From Candidatus Fervidifonticultor secundus (GTDB lineage: Bacteria; Sysuimicrobiota; Sysuimicrobiia; Sysuimicrobiales; Humicultoraceae), in the NCBI GenBank assembly GCA_031459385.1, contig JAVKIP010000004.1, forward strand, positions 1-64,000: DNA of 64,000 nt. The letters run 5' to 3'. Below the pieces are notes generated by a model, which was given only the letters and a program-made list of their open reading frames with translations, did no database searches and was not told the DNA's origin. Of the stretch, positions 9,169 through 17,998 are shown one piece after another. A program made the position numbers and the translations under genes. Every line of letters begins with the position of its first letter. Position 1 is the stretch's first letter.

Positions 9169-10500
9169 ATGGGCACCCGCAGCGCCCCGGCGGAGGTGCC
9201 GTTCTTCCAGCGCGAGGTGGAGACACTGGAGCGGGGCGCACTGCGGGCACTGCAGCTGGAACGCCTGCGCCTGCTGCTGGCCGAGGTGGCTGCCGCCAAC
9301 AGGTTCTACCGGCACAAGTGGCAGGCCGCCGGTGCCGGGGACGTGGCCGGGCTGCGTACGCTGGCCGAGCTGCGGCGGCTGCCCTTCACCACCAAGCAGG
9401 AGCTCCTCGCCGATCAGGAGGCCCATCCGCCGTTCGGAACAGTGCTTACCTACCCGGTCGAGCGGTACACCCGCTTGCACATGACGTCCGGCACCACGGG
9501 CCGGCCGCTGCGCTGGCTGGACACGCCCGAGTCGTGGGAGTGGTGGTGCCGCTGCTGGGGCTTCGTCTACCGCGCGGCCGGTATCGGCCCGGCCGACACT
9601 GTCTTCTTCCCCTTCTCGTTCGGGCCGTTCATCGGGTTCTGGGCCGGCTTCGACGGCGCCGTGCGCCTGGGCGCCCTGGCCATCCCGGGCGGCGGTCAGG
9701 ACTCGGCGCTGCGTCTGCGCACGATGCGCGAGGTCGGCGCCACCGTCCTGGTGTGCACGCCCTCGTACGCGCTGCGCCTGGCCCAGGTGGCCCACGAGCA
9801 GGGGTGGGACCCAGCCACGCTGCCGGTGCGCGTGACGATCCACGCAGGAGAACCGGGCGCCAGCATCCCGGCCACGAAGGCCCGCATCGCCCAGGCCTGG
9901 GGCGCCCGCTGCGTCGACCACTACGGGATGACGGAAGTCGGCGCGGTGGGGTTCGAATGCACGGCGGGCGGGCTGCATGTCAACGAGACCGAGTTCGTCG
10001 CCGAAGTGCTGGATCCGCGGACCGGCGAGGTGGCCGACGAGGGCGAGGGGGAACTGGTCGTGACCAACCTGGGCCGCGTCGGCTCGCCGGTGATCCGGTA
10101 CCGCACCGGCGACCGGGTGCGCCTGGTGACCGCGCCGTGCCCCTGCGGCCGCACGCTTGCCCGCCTGGACGGTGGCGTGCTCGGCCGCGTGGACGACATG
10201 CTCGTCATCCGGGGGGTCAACGTCTTCCCCAGTGCCATCGAGGAGATCGTGCGCCGCCACCCCGAGGTGGACGAGTTCCGCCTCGAGGTCTACCGACAGG
10301 ACGAGATGGACCAGCTGCGGGTGCTGCTGGAGATCGACGAGGGGCGCCACGCGCCCGCCACCGCCGACCGGATCGTCGCGGCGGTCGCTGACGGCGTACG
10401 CCAGACCCTGGGGCTGCGGGTCGACGCGCGGGCCGTCCCGGCCGGCACGCTGCCCCGCTTCGAGCTGAAGGCCCGGCGGGTCGTGCGCGTCGCGACATGA
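9169..10500 (+). CDS. paaK: Phenylacetate-CoA ligase family aryl-CoA ligase
   Basis: 'LPFTTK', 'TSGTTG', 'AGEPG', 'DHYGMTE', 'IRYRTGD', 'GRVDDMLVIRGVNVFPS'. Confidence 0.8.
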   Translation: MGTRSAPAEVPFFQREVETLERGALRALQLERLRLLLAEVAAANRFYRHKWQAAGAGDVAGLRTLAELRRLPFTTKQELLADQEAHPPFGTVLTYPVERYTRLHMTSGTTGRPLRWLDTPESWEWWCRCWGFVYRAAGIGPADTVFFPFSFGPFIGFWAGFDGAVRLGALAIPGGGQDSALRLRTMREVGATVLVCTPSYALRLAQVAHEQGWDPATLPVRVTIHAGEPGASIPATKARIAQAWGARCVDHYGMTEVGAVGFECTAGGLHVNETEFVAEVLDPRTGEVADEGEGELVVTNLGRVGSPVIRYRTGDRVRLVTAPCPCGRTLARLDGGVLGRVDDMLVIRGVNVFPSAIEEIVRRHPEVDEFRLEVYRQDEMDQLRVLLEIDEGRHAPATADRIVAAVADGVRQTLGLRVDARAVPAGTLPRFELKARRVVRVAT

Positions 10501-10615
10501 GGGGGTTGGAACAGCCCGGCCGACGTCGTGACCGACGAGCAGGTCGATAAGTGGGCTGGCACGAGCGTGCCCGCGTGATGCAGGGGGACGAGGCCAGGAT
10601 CGAGGGGGGAGACGG

Positions 10616-11830
10616 ATGCGCTGGACGGGAGTGCTGCTGGGAATTGCGCTGGTGGTCGCCGGGCTGACCGCAGTGGAGCCCACGGCGGCCCAGGCGCCGC
10701 CGACCATCAAAGTCGGCGCCGTGGTGCCGCTCACGGGGCGCTACGCGGCCGGTGGGGCGCAGGTGAAGGCGGGCTACGAGTTCGCGGTAGAGGACACGAA
10801 CCGCGCGGGCGGCGTCATGGTCCGCGAGGTCAACCGCCGGATTCCGCTGGAGCTGGTGCTGCTCGACGACGAGTCGGACCCCACGAAGACCGTCGCCCGA
10901 CTCGAGACGCTCTTCGCCAGCCACCAGGTCGTCGCGTACCTGGGCGGCTTCGGCAGCGACCTGCATGCGGCCGCGGCGTCCATCGCCGAGAAGAACCGCG
11001 TGCCGTACCTGGGCGTGGCCTTCGCGTTGCACAAGATCCACCAGCAGGGGTTCAGGTACCTGTTCAGCCCGTTCCCCAAGTCGCCAGACCTCACGCGCGA
11101 GACCTACCGGTTCCTGAACGCGTCCATCCCCGAGGCCCAGCGGCCGCGCCGTGTCGCCATCTTCAAGGAGAAGACCGACTGGGGCGACGAGATGGGCGGA
11201 CTGTGGGCCACGCGGGCCCCGGAGTTCGGCTACCAGGCCGTGGTGCAGGAAGAGTACGCCGTGGGCAGCCGGGACTTCTCCGACATCATCCTGCGCGCCC
11301 GGGCGGCCGGCGCCGAGGCCGTGTTCGCCATCCCGACCCCGCCCGACGGCTTCACCCTGGTGCGCCAGATGAAGGAGCTGGCGTTCAACGCCAAGTTCTA
11401 CTTGTTCATCCGGGCCGCCGACGCCGTGGTGTGGGGGCGCAACCTGGGCAAGGACGGCGACTACTTCAGCCTCGCCCCCGGCTGGCACAACGCCGTGAAG
11501 TACCCGGGTGTGCGGGAGCTCAACGAGAAGCACGCGCGGGCGTTCGGCCGGCCGGCCGACGTGATCACGGGCCCGGCCTACGCCAACGTGCAGATCCTGG
11601 CCGATGCCATCACGCGGGCGGGCACCCTGGACCGCGCGAAGGTCCGCGATGCCGTCGCCGCGACCCAGATGACGACCGTCATGGGGCCGGTGCGCTTCCG
11701 GCCGGACGGCACCGGCATGGTGGTCACGGTCTTCCTCCAGTGGCAGAACGGCCGGCAGGAACTGGTCTGGCCCAAGGAGTTCGCCACGGCGCCGCTGCAG
11801 TTCCCCGCGCCGCCGTGGGGGCAGCGCTAG
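10616..11830 (+). CDS. Liv-type (HAAT) ABC substrate-binding protein, probably for an aromatic acid
   Basis: Signal peptide; 'IKVGAVVPLTG', 'DDESDP'; context. Confidence 0.85.
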   Translation: MRWTGVLLGIALVVAGLTAVEPTAAQAPPTIKVGAVVPLTGRYAAGGAQVKAGYEFAVEDTNRAGGVMVREVNRRIPLELVLLDDESDPTKTVARLETLFASHQVVAYLGGFGSDLHAAAASIAEKNRVPYLGVAFALHKIHQQGFRYLFSPFPKSPDLTRETYRFLNASIPEAQRPRRVAIFKEKTDWGDEMGGLWATRAPEFGYQAVVQEEYAVGSRDFSDIILRARAAGAEAVFAIPTPPDGFTLVRQMKELAFNAKFYLFIRAADAVVWGRNLGKDGDYFSLAPGWHNAVKYPGVRELNEKHARAFGRPADVITGPAYANVQILADAITRAGTLDRAKVRDAVAATQMTTVMGPVRFRPDGTGMVVTVFLQWQNGRQELVWPKEFATAPLQFPAPPWGQR

Positions 11831-11901
11831 TGCCCGCCGGCTTCCAGGGGCGGCGGCCGTCGACCGCCGCTCCGGCCGCGGCCTGAGGAGCTGCGGCGCG
11901 C

Positions 11902-12633
11902 GTGCGCGACCTGCTCGTCGCCGAGCGGCTCTCGAAGGCGTTTGGAGGGGTGCGGGCCGTCCGCGACCTGAGCTTCAGCGTCGGCGACGGCGAGATCCTG
12001 GGCCTGATCGGGCCCAACGGCTCCGGGAAGACCACGGCCTTCAACCTCATCACCGGGTTCCTCGTTCCCGACGCCGGCCGCGTCTGGCTCGACGGTGCCG
12101 AGATCACCGGGCTGCCGCCCCACGCCATCTGCGCCCGCGGCGTCGCGCGCACGTTCCAGCTGGTGCGCCCGTTTCCCCACCTGACGGCGCTGCAGAACGT
12201 GCTCGTGGGCCGCATCTACGGCCGCGCCCCCCAGCGGCGCCTGCGTGCCGCCGCCGCCGAGGCCGCCGAGCTCTTGACGTTCGTGGGCCTGGCGGGCAAG
12301 GCGCACGTCCTGGCGCGCCACCTGACGCTGGTGGACCGCAAGCGCCTCGAGCTGGCCCGGGCGCTGGCCACGCGCCCGCGTCTGCTGCTGCTGGACGAGT
12401 TCATGGCCGGGCTGACGCCGCAGGAGGTGCAGGTTGCCATTGCCATGATCCGGCGTGTCCGCGACGGCGGCGTCGCCGTCATCATGATCGAGCACCTGGT
12501 GCACGCGGTCCTGGGCACCTCCGACCGGGTGGTGGTCCTCAACGCCGGCCAGCCGATCGCCGAGGGGCCGCCCGAGGCCGTGGCGCGCGATCCGCGCGTG
12601 CTCGAAGCCTACCTGGGGGACGCCGGTGCTTGA
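11902..12633 (+). CDS. livG: ABC ATP-binding protein, LivG-like
   Basis: 'GPNGSGKTT', 'ARTFQ', 'LLLLDE', 'IEH'. Confidence 0.88.
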   Translation: MRDLLVAERLSKAFGGVRAVRDLSFSVGDGEILGLIGPNGSGKTTAFNLITGFLVPDAGRVWLDGAEITGLPPHAICARGVARTFQLVRPFPHLTALQNVLVGRIYGRAPQRRLRAAAAEAAELLTFVGLAGKAHVLARHLTLVDRKRLELARALATRPRLLLLDEFMAGLTPQEVQVAIAMIRRVRDGGVAVIMIEHLVHAVLGTSDRVVVLNAGQPIAEGPPEAVARDPRVLEAYLGDAGA

Positions 12634-13348
12634 GGTCAGCGGCCTCGAGGTCCGCTACGGCGATCTCCAGGCCCTGTGGGGCGTCTCGCTGCGGGTCGCT
12701 CCGGGCGAGATCGTCGCTCTGCTGGGGCACAACGGCGCGGGCAAGACGACGCTGCTGCGCACGATCGCCGGGCTGCTGCGGCCAGCTGCCGGAGTGGTGA
12801 CGTTCGACGGCCGGCCGCTGCACCGCGAGCCGGCGCACCGCACCGTGGAGCGCGGCATCGCCCTGGTGCCCGAGGGCCGCCGCCTCTTCGCCGGGATGAC
12901 CGTCGAGGAGAACCTGCTGCTCGGCGGGTTCGCGCCGGCGGTGCGCGCTCGCCGCCAGGAGACGCTGCGCGAGGTGCTCGAGATCTTCCCGGCCCTGGCC
13001 GAGCGCCGGCACCAGGTGGCGGGCACGCTCTCGGGCGGCGAGCAGCAGATGGTTGCCATCGGGCGCGCGCTGATGGCGCGCCCGCGCCTGCTGCTCCTGG
13101 ACGAGCCGTCGCTGGGACTGGCGCCGCTGGTGGTGCGCCGCATGTTCGAGGTGGTCCGCGAGATCAACGCGGCGCGCGGGGTCACGGTCCTCCTGGTGGA
13201 GCAGAACGTGAAGGGCGCCCTGCACCTGGCCTCTCGCGTCTACCTCATGCAGGCCGGCCGCATCGTCGGCGAGGGGACGCCGGCGGCGCTGGCGCGCGAC
13301 GAGCAGGTGCGCCGCGCCTTCCTCGACGTGGGGGCGGGGACCGCGTGA
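12626..13348 (+). CDS. livF: ABC ATP-binding protein, LivF-like
   Basis: 'GHNGAGKTT', 'LSGGEQQM', 'DEPSLGLAP', 'VEQN'. Confidence 0.9.
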   Translation: MLEVSGLEVRYGDLQALWGVSLRVAPGEIVALLGHNGAGKTTLLRTIAGLLRPAAGVVTFDGRPLHREPAHRTVERGIALVPEGRRLFAGMTVEENLLLGGFAPAVRARRQETLREVLEIFPALAERRHQVAGTLSGGEQQMVAIGRALMARPRLLLLDEPSLGLAPLVVRRMFEVVREINAARGVTVLLVEQNVKGALHLASRVYLMQAGRIVGEGTPAALARDEQVRRAFLDVGAGTA

Positions 13349-14223
13349 GCGCCGCCGTGCTGGCGCAGTCGGTGGTCTTCGGGCTGCTGGCGGGCGCCCT
13401 CTATGGCCTGGCCGCGGCGGGGCTGTCGCTGGTCTTCGGGGTGCTGCGCGTGCTCAACGTGGCCCACGGTGAGCTGATCATGCTGGGCGGCTACGCCAGC
13501 TTCTGGCTCTTCACCCTGACCGGGTTCGACCCGTTCGCCTCGCTGGCCGTGAGCGTGCCGCTGATGTTCGTCGTGGGTCTGGGGCTGCACCAGGGCCTGT
13601 TCGCGCGCGTCGAGACCCTGCCGGAGGAGGCACGGATCAAGAACTCACTGCTGCTTGGCTTCGGGCTCGCCCTCGCGCTCCACAACCTGGCGATCCGCCT
13701 CTGGACCGCCGACGACCGCGCCATCGCCGCGGCGTACACGGGCGTGGTGCTGCGGGTGGGCGGGCTCGTGGTGCCCGCAGTCCGGCTGGCCGCCCTGCTG
13801 ATCGCGACCGCCATGATCGGGGCCGTGCACCTGTTCCTCACGCGCACCGACCCCGGCCGCGCCATCCGCGCCGTCGCCGAGGACTGGGAGGCGGCGCTGC
13901 TGGTGGGCATCGACCTGCGCCGCGCCTATCTGCTGGCGTTCGCGCTGGGCAGCGGGCTCGCGGGCGCGGCGGGCACGCTGGTTGCCGTGGGCTACTCCAT
14001 CAATCCGGGTATCGGGCTGGAGTGGACGCTCAAGGCGCTGATCGTCGTGGTGCTGGCCGGGCTGGGCAGCATGCCGGGCACGCTGGCCGGCGGCCTGCTG
14101 CTGGGCGCGGCCGAATCGGGCAGCGCGCTGGTCATCGGCGGGGTGTACCGCGAGGTCGTGGCGCTGGCGCTGTTCGTGCTGGTCCTGATGGTGCGCCCCC
14201 AGGGCCTGTTCGGCCGGCGGTGA
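13345..14223 (+). CDS. livH: ABC permease, LivH-like
   Basis: GTGA overlap with livF stop; 'GLSLVFGVLRVLNVAHG', 'RPQGLFG'. Confidence 0.88.
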   Translation: MSAAVLAQSVVFGLLAGALYGLAAAGLSLVFGVLRVLNVAHGELIMLGGYASFWLFTLTGFDPFASLAVSVPLMFVVGLGLHQGLFARVETLPEEARIKNSLLLGFGLALALHNLAIRLWTADDRAIAAAYTGVVLRVGGLVVPAVRLAALLIATAMIGAVHLFLTRTDPGRAIRAVAEDWEAALLVGIDLRRAYLLAFALGSGLAGAAGTLVAVGYSINPGIGLEWTLKALIVVVLAGLGSMPGTLAGGLLLGAAESGSALVIGGVYREVVALALFVLVLMVRPQGLFGRR

Positions 14224-15206
14224 GCGCCTCCGACCCGGGCGTCGGACGCGCGGCCCGCGCCGCGGGTGTGGGCGCGGTGGTGCTGGCGCTGGCCGGCCTG
14301 CCGCTCGCCACGCAGCGCACCGACGTGCTGAACCTGGCGTTCCTCGTCTTCCTCTATGCGGCGCTGGCCCAGAGCTGGAACCTCCTTGCGGGGTTCGCGG
14401 GCCAGATCAACCTGGGGCACGCCGCGTTCTTCGGCACCGGCGCGTTCGTGATGCGCCACCTCTGGGTCGCGGGCACCCACCCCTACCTCGGCCTGCTGGC
14501 GGGCGGGCTGGCGGCCAGCGCCTTCAGCCTCGTGATCGGCCTGCCCGCGTTCCGGCTGCGGGGCGCGTACTTCGCCATCGGCACCCTGGGCCTCGCCGAG
14601 ATCCTGCGCATCACGGTGGGAAACGTGCTGCCCGTGGTCTCGACGCTGCCCGCGCCGTTCATCGCAGGGTACTCCCTGGCGCACCGCTACTACCTGGCGC
14701 TGGGTCTGCTGGCCGCCACGGTGGCGGTGGTGGCCTGGCTGGTCCGCTCGCCGCTGGGGCTCGGCCTGGTGGCGCTGCGCGAGGACGAGGACGCCGCCGC
14801 GGCCACAGGCGTCGACGTCCTCCGGCACAAGCTGCTGGCGCTGGTCGCAAGCACCGGTCTGGGCGGGGTCGCCGGGGCCGTCTTCGCCTTCTACCACATC
14901 AGCTACTACCACCAGATGCCCTTCGGGCCCGGCTGGACCTTCGACGCGCTGCTCATCGCGTTCATCGGCGGCGTGGGGACCCTGACCGGCCCGCTGGTGG
15001 GCGCGCTCTTCTACGTGCTGGTCCGCGAGGTGCTGGCCCGGTCGCTCGTGGAGCTGCACCTGCTGATCTTCGGCCTGCTGTTCGTGGTGGTGGTGCTGGC
15101 GCTGCCGGGCGGGATCGTCGAGGTGGCGGCGCGGGTGCGTGGGGCCGTGGCCGTACGGTGGGCGCGAGCCCCGGCGCCGGCGGCCCGGCCGGGAGGCCCC
15201 GATTGA
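14220..15206 (+). CDS. livM: ABC permease, LivM-like
   Basis: 'SWNLLAGFAGQINLGHAAFFG', 'LRGAYFAIGTL', 'LPGG'. Confidence 0.88.
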   Translation: MSASDPGVGRAARAAGVGAVVLALAGLPLATQRTDVLNLAFLVFLYAALAQSWNLLAGFAGQINLGHAAFFGTGAFVMRHLWVAGTHPYLGLLAGGLAASAFSLVIGLPAFRLRGAYFAIGTLGLAEILRITVGNVLPVVSTLPAPFIAGYSLAHRYYLALGLLAATVAVVAWLVRSPLGLGLVALREDEDAAAATGVDVLRHKLLALVASTGLGGVAGAVFAFYHISYYHQMPFGPGWTFDALLIAFIGGVGTLTGPLVGALFYVLVREVLARSLVELHLLIFGLLFVVVVLALPGGIVEVAARVRGAVAVRWARAPAPAARPGGPD

Positions 15207-15231
15207 CCGATTGGTCAAAGCCTGCTACATG
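15203..15231 (+). promoter_or_regulatory. Palindromic operator overlapping a probable internal promoter for the paa-like genes
   Basis: TTGACC-GATT-GGTCAA at 15203-15218; TTGACC doubles as -35, with TG-c-TACATG 17 bp downstream. Confidence 0.6.
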
Positions 15232-15293
15232 AGGAGGAGGACACCCGGGCAGGCCGCGCGGCGCGGTCGCCGGTGGGAGGAGACGGGGGAACT

Positions 15294-16229
15294 GTGACCG
15301 CGGTGACCGAGGAGGCCCTGCGCGCACGCCTCGAGCGCGGCGAGCTGGTGGAGGGACCGGCGTACGCCACGTCGACGTACATCGAGGCGCTCAAGCGCAC
15401 GCTCGTCGTCTCGGCCGACACCGAGTTGATCAGCGCGCCGGCCTACCTGCGGGCCGCGCGCGACGCGCCCAGCATCAACTCGTACATCTCGGCCATCGGC
15501 ATCATCCAGGACGAGCTGGGCCACGCCCACATCGCCTACCGGATGCTGCGCGATCTCGGGGTGGACACCGACGCGCTGATCTACCAGCGCGACCCGGCGC
15601 AGTTCAAGCACCCGTACGCGTTCGACGTGGCGCTGGAGACGTGGACGGAGCTGGTGGTGGCCAACGCGTTCTACGACCGTGCGGGGTTTGTGCTGCTTGG
15701 CGACATCTACCGGCACACGACCTACGGGCCGTGGAAACGCGCGCTGGCCAAGGTGGACCGCGAGGAGAACTTCCACCTGCGCCACGGCGAGAAGTGGATG
15801 CGCACCCTGGCCGCCGCCCCACAGACGAAGGCCGAGTTGCAGCGGGCGGTGGACTGGATGTTCCTGCTGACCGTGGAGTGGTTCGGGTTGCCCGATGACC
15901 TCAAGCGCCACAAAGACCAGATCGGCTACGGGCTCAAGGGCTACACCAACGACCAGCTCCGCCAGCAGTGGCTGTCCACGGCGGTGCCGCTGTGCCAGGA
16001 ACTGGGTCTGGACGTCCCGGCGCGCTACGACGCGGCCGCAGGGCAGTGGGTGGTGACCTGCCCGTTCCCGGCCCGCTTCGACGCCGACCGCAAGCGTTGG
16101 CTGCTGGAGGAGGGCCCCATCACCTGGGACGAGGTGCTGGCGCGCTGGCGCCAGCGGGGCCCCGCCAACCGCGAACTCGTCGGTGAGATTCAGCGGGGCT
16201 ACCAGCAGCTGCGGCGCGTGGACGCCTGA
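15294..16229 (+). CDS. paaA: PaaA-like diiron aryl-CoA epoxidase catalytic subunit
   Basis: 'ADTE', 'IQDELGH', 'YGPWKRALAKVDREENFH' (two ExxH motifs), 'TNDQLRQQW'. Confidence 0.78.
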   Translation: MTAVTEEALRARLERGELVEGPAYATSTYIEALKRTLVVSADTELISAPAYLRAARDAPSINSYISAIGIIQDELGHAHIAYRMLRDLGVDTDALIYQRDPAQFKHPYAFDVALETWTELVVANAFYDRAGFVLLGDIYRHTTYGPWKRALAKVDREENFHLRHGEKWMRTLAAAPQTKAELQRAVDWMFLLTVEWFGLPDDLKRHKDQIGYGLKGYTNDQLRQQWLSTAVPLCQELGLDVPARYDAAAGQWVVTCPFPARFDADRKRWLLEEGPITWDEVLARWRQRGPANRELVGEIQRGYQQLRRVDA

Positions 16230-16236
16230 GGACGCG

Positions 16237-16653
16237 ATGCGCGCGCCAGGCCAGCCCGGAAGCGCACCGGCGCCGGCGGGGCACCCGGCCCCGGCGACCA
16301 CACCGCCCCCCGGTCCGGCCCTGGCCGCCGGCCCCGCCCCGGCCGCCGTGTGCACGGCAGAGCAGGTAATCGCGGCGCTGCGTGAGGTACTCGACCCCGA
16401 ATATCCCGTCAGCGTGGTGGACCTGGGCCTGATCCGCGGCGTGGCCGTGCAGGGCGGCGAGGTGCGCGTGCGGCTGACGTTCACGTCCATGGGCTGCCCG
16501 TGCATGGAGATGATCCAGGACGACATCGTCGCGCGGCTGCGGCGGCTGCCCGGCGTGGACCGGGTGACGCTGGAAGTCGTCTGGGAGCCCTGGACCCGCG
16601 CGCACATCAGCGAGGAAGGGTGGCGCCGGCTGCGCGGGGTCGGCGTGGTGTGA
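16237..16653 (+). CDS. paaD: PaaD-like/DUF59 metal-sulfur cluster assembly factor (N-terminal domain only)
   Basis: 'LREVLDPEYPVSVVDLGLI', 'TSMGCPC', 'WEPWT'. Confidence 0.8.
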   Translation: MRAPGQPGSAPAPAGHPAPATTPPPGPALAAGPAPAAVCTAEQVIAALREVLDPEYPVSVVDLGLIRGVAVQGGEVRVRLTFTSMGCPCMEMIQDDIVARLRRLPGVDRVTLEVVWEPWTRAHISEEGWRRLRGVGVV

Positions 16654-16850
16654 TGGAGGGAGAGGAGTACTACGAGGTGTTCGCCGCGCGCGCGGAGGCC
16701 GGCGAGCCGCTGCGCAACGTCGGCACCGTGCGGGCGACCTCGCCGCGCGAGGCGGCCATCTTCGCGCACAAGCTCTACGACGAGTGGCGCTGGCGGGCGA
16801 TGTTCGTCGTGCCCCGCCGCGCCCTCGTCACGGTGATCCGGCCGCAATGA
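16653..16850 (+). CDS. paaB: PaaB-like small subunit 1
   Basis: MEGEEYYEVFAAR...VGTVRA..A...A..LYDE...MFVVPR; TGATG coupling to the upstream gene. Confidence 0.7.
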   Translation: MEGEEYYEVFAARAEAGEPLRNVGTVRATSPREAAIFAHKLYDEWRWRAMFVVPRRALVTVIRPQ

Positions 16851-17056
16851 CCGCCCCCACCCGCTTCCTGGTGCTGGCCCGGCGCAGGTACCCGGAGGCC
16901 CTGACCTACCAGGGGACGCTGGAGGTCGCCGCAGGTGGCGACCCCGCGGTGGCGGCGACCACACGGTTCGGAGCCGACTGGCTCGAGTTGGTCCTGGCAC
17001 CGGAAGTCGCGGTGCACTGGGTGATCGCCCCCCAGGCCCTGGAGTCCACGGCATGA
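16847..17056 (+). CDS. Second small PaaB-like protein
   Basis: MTAPTRFLVLARRRYPEALTYQGTLEV...WLELVLAPE has the same pattern as the preceding ORF; ATGA overlaps on both sides. Confidence 0.6.
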   Translation: MTAPTRFLVLARRRYPEALTYQGTLEVAAGGDPAVAATTRFGADWLELVLAPEVAVHWVIAPQALESTA

Positions 17057-17817
17057 GCCCTGCCGTGACCGCGAGCCACGAGCGGGCGCTGCCGGCGCTG
17101 GTGAACCTGATCGTGGTCCTGGCCGACACCAAGTACTTCCTGGGCCGGCGCATCTCGGAGTGGGCGCCGGGCGCGCCGTTCCTGGAGGCCTCGGTAGCGT
17201 GCGCGGCGATCGCACAGGAGGACCTGGGGCACTCGCGCGCCATCTACCCCCTGCTGGAGGACCTGCCGTACCCCAACCGGCCCCAGCCGCTGGAGCGCGA
17301 GACCGACCGCGAACGCCGCTACTGCGTGCGCTTCCTCGACGCGCCGCACCCCACGTGGTCGCACGTGGTGGCCACCTGCGCGCTGGTGGACACCGCGGTC
17401 ACGACGATGTTCGGCGCGCTGGTGGGCTCGCGCTACGAGGCGCTGGCCAGCCGGGTGCGCCGCGCGCTGGACGAGGAGCGCGCGCACCTGGGCTACGCCG
17501 AGAGCCTGGTGCGCCGGCTGGCTGCCAGCGCGCAGGGGGCCGCGGCGCTCCAGGCGCGCGTGGACGAGGCGCTGCCCGAGATGCTGTGCTGGTTCGGGCC
17601 GGCCGGGGAGGCCGGCGTCGAGGCGCTGCGGGCCGAAGGCTACCTGAGCGCGGTCAACGACGCGCTTCGCCAGGCCTACCTGCAGCGCGTGGCGCCGTTG
17701 CTGCTGGAGGTGGGCGTGCGCCTGCCCGTGCGGTGGAACCTGGAGGACGGCACCTGGGAGGTGCCGCCCCTGCCGTGGGAGCGATGGAACCCGATCCAAC
17801 GCCGGCTGGAAGGATAA
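17053..17817 (+). CDS. paaC: PaaC-like epoxidase structural subunit
   Basis: 'LADTKYFLGRRISEW..GAPFLE', 'QEDLGHSR', 'DEERAH'. Confidence 0.78.
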   Translation: MSPAVTASHERALPALVNLIVVLADTKYFLGRRISEWAPGAPFLEASVACAAIAQEDLGHSRAIYPLLEDLPYPNRPQPLERETDRERRYCVRFLDAPHPTWSHVVATCALVDTAVTTMFGALVGSRYEALASRVRRALDEERAHLGYAESLVRRLAASAQGAAALQARVDEALPEMLCWFGPAGEAGVEALRAEGYLSAVNDALRQAYLQRVAPLLLEVGVRLPVRWNLEDGTWEVPPLPWERWNPIQRRLEG

Positions 17818-17987
17818 GCGGCGCCGCCGCGCCGGCGGGCCGGGGCCCGGACGCGGGCACGCCGCCCCGCTGCCCCTGGTGCGGGTCGGACGACGTCGAG
17901 CGCGTCGGGGCCTTTGCGGCCCAGCTGATGTCCGCGCAGTACCTATGCCGGGCGTGCAGGAGCCCGTTCGAGCGCATCCGTAAGTGA
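17784..17987 (+). CDS. Stand-alone PaaD-type zinc ribbon protein
   Basis: 'RCPWCGS...F......YLCRACRSPFERIR' matches the PaaD C-terminal CxxC..CxxC ribbon; start uncertain. Confidence 0.68.
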   Translation: MEPDPTPAGRISGAAAPAGRGPDAGTPPRCPWCGSDDVERVGAFAAQLMSAQYLCRACRSPFERIRK

Positions 17988-17998
17988 GGGGGGAGAGC

